Shown piece by piece: positions 59,689 to 64,000 of a stretch of DNA of 64,000 nt; position 1 is the stretch's first letter, and each line of letters begins with the position of its first letter. The DNA is from an uncultured bacterium (lineage in GTDB: Bacteria; Krumholzibacteriota; Krumholzibacteriia; Krumholzibacteriales; Krumholzibacteriaceae): the NCBI GenBank assembly GCA_965371515.1, contig CBDUYR010000008.1, forward strand, positions 1 to 64,000. The letters run 5' to 3'. Below the pieces are notes generated by a model. The model did no database searches, was not told the origin of the DNA, and saw only the letters and a program-made list of their open reading frames with translations. A program made the position numbers and the translations under genes.

Positions 59689-60130
59689 GAAAGCCTGGAA
59701 AGCAATCTGGGCGTTTACGGGCGCCGCTCTTCTCCTTTCCGCTTTACCGCTTTACCCGGTCCTCGCACAGGACGGAAAGACGGTGGAAGGCAAGATCATC
59801 CGCGAGAAGAGGTATTATTACCAGGCGTTCAACCGGAGAGATCCCTTCCAGAGCCTCATCGTCGGAGAATATGAGCAGTCCGAATTCGAGCTCGTCGATA
59901 TCAACGGAGTGAGACTCGTCGGAGTCCTTTCCGGCGGTATGGAAAAGTTCGCGATGCTCGAGGACAGCAATGGATTTGCTTACATCCTCAAGGCCGGCGA
60001 TCCGGTCCGTAACGGAAGCGTTGTTTCCGTTGGCAACCGGACGCTGGTGGCGAGGATCTCGATGTTCGGACAGACGACCAGTGTAACCCTCAATATAGAG
60101 GGCAGCAGTAAGAACAAAGGAGAATCATGA
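59663..60130 (+). CDS. pilP: PilP-like protein
   Basis: Y....RRDPF motif, L.GV, A...D..G..Y....GD; between pilO and pilQ. Confidence 0.8.
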   Translation: MRASRRVHKKAWKAIWAFTGAALLLSALPLYPVLAQDGKTVEGKIIREKRYYYQAFNRRDPFQSLIVGEYEQSEFELVDINGVRLVGVLSGGMEKFAMLEDSNGFAYILKAGDPVRNGSVVSVGNRTLVARISMFGQTTSVTLNIEGSSKNKGES

Positions 60131-62052
60131 TGATGAGCATCCGCAGATTCGCCCTGGTAATCATCGCGGGTCTTGTCCTGCCCGGTCTCGGTCTCGCCGC
60201 TGTGTCGGAGATCAACGGCGTTAAGGTCGTTCCCGAGGGTGAAAAGGTCAGGCTCGAGATAAGTAAGGTCGGGGACATTCAGTTCAAGGCCTTCACTATG
60301 AGCGATCCTGACAGGCTCGTAGTGGATTGCTTCGGTGCAATGTACGACGTGCGAAGCGTCAACGACTATCCCGAGAATGGAATAGTCCGCAATGTCAGAA
60401 CGAGTCAGTATCAGAACGAACCCACGCTGATCAGCCGGGTCGTTGTCGACCTGAAGACTAAGGTCGACTGGAAGATATACGAAAACGGCGACTACCAGAT
60501 CGTGGAGATGTCGCCCCGGGGTACGGTCAGGACCGCTTCGGCCGATGCCGCCCCGATCCTCGAGGTAAAGCCGGTCGCAAAACCGGAACCTGCCGAGCCG
60601 AAACACATCCCGGTCGCCGCGGCCGAGATGGGTCCGGTACTGCCGATGACAATTCCGGAGAAGAAAACGGACACCGTGCAGCAGCCGGTCACCGTGCAGC
60701 AGCCGGTCATCGTGCAGCAGACCGAGGAAAAACAGGAAGAGCCCGAGGAAGATGATCCCTGGGTGAAGGTCGAGCCGGTCGAGATCAAGAACGAGATCAA
60801 CTCGGCTCCAGCCAGGGCTGCCAGGATGACAACCGACTGGACACAGAACTACGTGCGCGGCGCTCCCGCCGCTGGCGGCGGCCTGGCCATGGGTAAGCGC
60901 AAGATCACGCTGGACGCGCAGGGCGCTGACATCAAGACGGTACTCCGCACCATCTCGGACTTTGCAGGCGTAAACATCGTCTCGGGCAAGGACGTCGAGG
61001 GCGATGTATACGTCCATATCAAGGACACACCGTGGGAAGAGGCGCTCGACATCCTTCTGAAGGCGTATGGTTACGGCTTCCGCGAGGAGTTCGGCATGAT
61101 CAGGGTTGCCGAGAAGCAGTCCCTGATGAAAGAGGAGCTTGACGAGAAGACGGCCGAGAGGAAGAAGGACGAACTTCTGCCCCTCGTCACCAAGATCATC
61201 TTTGTCAACAACTCGAATGCCGAGGAGATGCGTATAGCGCTGGAGAATATCGTGAGCCAGCGCGGAATGATCGCTGTCGACGAGGGAAGCAACTCGCTGA
61301 TCGTCAACGACATCGAGAAGAATATCGTGAAGATCGAGGGAATGGTACGCGAGCTCGACAAGAAGACCTACCAGGTCGATATCAACGCCAAGCTAGTCGA
61401 GATCGACGTCGAGGCTTCCAGGGAGCTCGGTATCGACTGGGCCGTCATGAACCTCGCATCGTCCACTCTGGACGGAACGGGAAGCGCCGAAGTCACGGCG
61501 AATATCCCGATGTCGGCCGCCAAGCTGACATACGGGACCGTTCAGTCCTGGGGTGAGTTCGCCGCCATCTTCAAGGCTCTCGAGAAGGAAAACAAGGCGC
61601 ACCTGATTTCCAACCCGCGGATCACCACAATGGACAACCGCGAGGCGAGCATTCTGGTCGGTAAGGAGATTCCACTCATCGTAGCGGATGAGGCTGGAAA
61701 CCCGATCACAGAGCTCACCAAGATCGGTATCATGCTGAGGGTCACCCCTCACGTGAATTCCGACAGGACCATCACTCTCGATCTGCATCCCGAAGTCAGT
61801 GACCTCCAGTCCGAGGCTACCGCCCAGGGCGGAGTTATCATTACCACCTCCGAGGCCGATACCAGGGTTATAGTCGACAACGGAGCGACGGCTGTGATCG
61901 GTGGACTGATGAAGGAGATCGAAAGCGAGTACGTGAGTGGAGTTCCCATTCTCAAGGACATTCCGGGGATCGGCTGGTTCTTCTCTTCGAAGTCGAAGGT
62001 AAGCAAGCAGCAGGAACTCGTGATATTTGTGACACCGACGATAGTGGAATAA
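60127..62052 (+). CDS. pilQ: Type IV pilus secretin with AMIN domain
   Basis: AMIN (PDRLVVD, RVVVDL), ITLD.Q.ADI..VL, PWEEALD, L.VTPH, GVP.LKDIP.IG..F, ELVIFVTP. Confidence 0.95.
   Translation: MMMSIRRFALVIIAGLVLPGLGLAAVSEINGVKVVPEGEKVRLEISKVGDIQFKAFTMSDPDRLVVDCFGAMYDVRSVNDYPENGIVRNVRTSQYQNEPTLISRVVVDLKTKVDWKIYENGDYQIVEMSPRGTVRTASADAAPILEVKPVAKPEPAEPKHIPVAAAEMGPVLPMTIPEKKTDTVQQPVTVQQPVIVQQTEEKQEEPEEDDPWVKVEPVEIKNEINSAPARAARMTTDWTQNYVRGAPAAGGGLAMGKRKITLDAQGADIKTVLRTISDFAGVNIVSGKDVEGDVYVHIKDTPWEEALDILLKAYGYGFREEFGMIRVAEKQSLMKEELDEKTAERKKDELLPLVTKIIFVNNSNAEEMRIALENIVSQRGMIAVDEGSNSLIVNDIEKNIVKIEGMVRELDKKTYQVDINAKLVEIDVEASRELGIDWAVMNLASSTLDGTGSAEVTANIPMSAAKLTYGTVQSWGEFAAIFKALEKENKAHLISNPRITTMDNREASILVGKEIPLIVADEAGNPITELTKIGIMLRVTPHVNSDRTITLDLHPEVSDLQSEATAQGGVIITTSEADTRVIVDNGATAVIGGLMKEIESEYVSGVPILKDIPGIGWFFSSKSKVSKQQELVIFVTPTIVE
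60672..60720 (+). repeat. 18-bp tandem repeat (about 2.7 copies) encoding TVQQPV in the PilQ linker
   Basis: CACCGTGCAGCAGCCGGT CACCGTGCAGCAGCCGGT CATCGTGCAGCAG. Confidence 0.85.
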
Positions 62053-62076
62053 TCTTGCCCCTCCACTGGACGTCGC

Positions 62077-62113
62077 GCCCCCGGGTGATTCCCTGACCCC
62101 GGGGGCTTTTTTT
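62077..62113 (+). terminator. Intrinsic terminator after pilQ
   Basis: GCCCCCGGG...CCCGGGGGC followed by TTTTTTT. Confidence 0.85.
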
Positions 62114-62181
62114 ATGCCGGACGGACTTGAAGCCCTTTTCGCTTGCCGCACGCCCGTTGATTATTTATCCTGAAATGCCTA

Positions 62182-62766
62182 ATGAGAGTAATAGCGGGAA
62201 GAAGCAGGGGCCTTGCCTTGAGGGGCGGACATGGACCCCAGTTCAGACCTACGGCCCAGATCGTCAAGGGATCGGTATTCGATACCCTGTACGGCACGGT
62301 CCAGGATGCCGTGGTGCTCGACCTCTTCGCCGGCTCCGGTTCCATGGGGATCGAGGCCCTGAGCAGGGGGGCGTCGAGGGCGGTATTCGTCGAGCAGGAC
62401 CAGAAGATCCTCAGGGCCCTGAGGACCAACCTCGACAGGTGCGGGGTGGCCGATCAGGCCGAAGTAGTGCGCGGAGACGCCATGAAGTACCTCGAGCGCC
62501 TCATCAGATCGAAGAAATCATTCGACATAATCTTCGCAGATCCACCCTACGCCTCGAAGCTCTCGCAGAAGATCGCCGTGACGATCAACTCGGTGAAGAG
62601 GAAGGTCTGCGGTCTGCTGATCACCGAGAGCGGCGAGGAGTACGATATCCCCTCCGGCGGCTCGCTCGAGAAGAAAAGGACGAGGAAATTCGGACAGACG
62701 ATAGTGACGTATCTCGAATATAGAGAGGACGGGCCGCAGGGCCCAGGCACGGAGGGACAGGAGTGA
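62182..62766 (+). CDS. rsmD: 16S rRNA m2G966 methyltransferase
   Basis: MRVIAG, RPT, LDLFAGSGSMGIEALSRGA, FADPPY. Confidence 0.95.
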   Translation: MRVIAGRSRGLALRGGHGPQFRPTAQIVKGSVFDTLYGTVQDAVVLDLFAGSGSMGIEALSRGASRAVFVEQDQKILRALRTNLDRCGVADQAEVVRGDAMKYLERLIRSKKSFDIIFADPPYASKLSQKIAVTINSVKRKVCGLLITESGEEYDIPSGGSLEKKRTRKFGQTIVTYLEYREDGPQGPGTEGQE

Positions 62767-63257
62767 AAGGCAGGACAGCCCTTTATCCGGGCACTTTCGA
62801 CCCGATCACGAACGGCCACGTGGATCTCGTGGAGCGGATCTCGGGCCTGTTCGACAATGTCATCGTGGCGGTGGCCGCGGGTTACCACAAGGGGCCGCTT
62901 CTCACGCTCGAGCAGCGCGAGACGCTCGTGAGGGAAAGCCTCACCGGAATCGACCGGGTAGAGGTAGTCACCTTTGAAGGGCTGCTCGTCGATGAGTTCA
63001 GGGACAGGGAGGTCGATGTGGTCATCAGGGGCCTCAGGGCCGTTTCGGACTTCGAGTACGAGCTGATGATCGCGCTTATGAACAGAAAATTACATCCGGA
63101 ATTCGAGACGGTATTCCTCATGCCGAGCGAGAAGTACATCTACCTTCACAGCTCCCTGGTGAAGGAGATATACAGGCTCGGCGGGGATATCGCTTGTCTC
63201 GTTCCGGAAGCTGTTGTGAAAAAGCTCGAAGAGTGGAAACCACTGCAGGGCGGATAA
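62763..63257 (+). CDS. coaD: Phosphopantetheine adenylyltransferase
   Basis: YPGTFDPITNGH, RGLRAVSDFEYE, SSLVKE. Confidence 0.97.
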   Translation: MKGRTALYPGTFDPITNGHVDLVERISGLFDNVIVAVAAGYHKGPLLTLEQRETLVRESLTGIDRVEVVTFEGLLVDEFRDREVDVVIRGLRAVSDFEYELMIALMNRKLHPEFETVFLMPSEKYIYLHSSLVKEIYRLGGDIACLVPEAVVKKLEEWKPLQGG

Positions 63258-63273
63258 CCCCGGGAGGGACGAA

Positions 63274-64000
63274 TTGTCAGGATTCATCAGCAGGAGGGCG
63301 GCAGGAATCGAGCCGTCCGTGACCCTCAGCCTCAACACGAGGGCCAACGCCCTCAAGGAAGCGGGCGAGGATGTCGTGGGACTCGCCGCCGGCGAGCCCG
63401 ATTTCGAGACGCCTGATATCATCAAAGAGGCGGGTATAAAAGCGATTAGAGAGGGAAAGACGCGCTACACCCCGGCAGCCGGGATCAGGCAGCTCCGCGA
63501 GGCGGTGGCCGAGGAGTACACGGTGTTCCTCGGCGTCGATTACGGCTGGAAAGAGGTCGTCATCTCTCACGGGGCGAAGCACTCCATATTCAACTCTCTC
63601 TACGCCCTCACCGATCTGGGCGACGAGGTGATGTTCGTAACGCCGTACTGGGTCAGCTATCCGGAGATGGTCAAGCTCGTCGGGGCGGTGCCGAGGATCG
63701 TCGAGACGGGGGCGGAGACGGGGTACAAGATGACCGTCGAGATGCTCAGGGAGGAGATCGGCAGGAAGAAACCTAAGGTACTGCTCTTTAACTCGCCGAA
63801 CAACCCTGCGGGGATCGTCTACACGCGAGAAGAGCTTACGGCTATCGGAAATGTCCTCCTCGAAGAGGGAATAGCGCTCATAAGCGACGAGATATACGAG
63901 TTCCTCACATTCGACGGGGTCGAGCATTACTCTCCCGTCACGCTTCTACCCGAGCTCAAGGACCAGTCGGTCGTGGTCACCGGTGTATCGAAGAGCTATG
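63274..64000 (+). CDS. Class I PLP-dependent (aspartate-type) aminotransferase, 3'-truncated by the window
   Basis: Hand translation from TTG 63274: SRRAAGIEPSVTL...GEPDFETP...YTPAAGI..LR...GAKHS...PYWVSY...NSPNNPAG...SDEIYE...GVSKSY. Confidence 0.92.
   Translation, partial: MSGFISRRAAGIEPSVTLSLNTRANALKEAGEDVVGLAAGEPDFETPDIIKEAGIKAIREGKTRYTPAAGIRQLREAVAEEYTVFLGVDYGWKEVVISHGAKHSIFNSLYALTDLGDEVMFVTPYWVSYPEMVKLVGAVPRIVETGAETGYKMTVEMLREEIGRKKPKVLLFNSPNNPAGIVYTREELTAIGNVLLEEGIALISDEIYEFLTFDGVEHYSPVTLLPELKDQSVVVTGVSKSY

Overview
High-GC bacterial chromosomal window. The T9SS-type C-terminal sorting domains plus PorU/PorV suggest an FCB-superphylum lineage (inference only). (1) 1-7445 is a lower-GC accessory block that reads as the distal end of an integron cassette array. 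It has four attC-like sites plus the R' end of a fifth at position 3. The cassettes carry a 778-aa FG-GAP protein with a T9SS/FlgD-Ig sorting tail, a BrnT/BrnA toxin-antitoxin pair whose toxin has an amber stop at its conserved Trp, a DUF4440 protein and a small secreted protein. Cassette-like genes without intact attC sites follow, and no integrase is in the window. (2) 7.5-17 kb holds housekeeping genes: PpiD-like chaperone, M23 peptidase, dnaE, an outer-membrane barrel, accA and a Trm112-like ORF missed by the ORF track. (3) 17.7-34 kb is a T9SS-like export/attachment cluster: PorU, PorV, an M6 protease with sorting tail, two paralogous membrane proteins, an NHL protein, a half-size SprA-like barrel and an Omp85 protein, with no GldKLMN motor genes in view. 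(4) thiC, a DinG-like helicase, hutU/hutI, an SgmX-like TPR protein, a PHP hydrolase and a TonB-plug barrel follow. (5) 45.6-62 kb is a complete Myxococcus/Geobacter-style type IVa pilus locus with sigma54 -24/-12 motifs before four transcription units. (6) The window ends with rsmD, coaD and a truncated class I aminotransferase. No rRNA, tRNA, CRISPR array or transposase was recognised. All family assignments come from motif recognition by eye, not from database searches.
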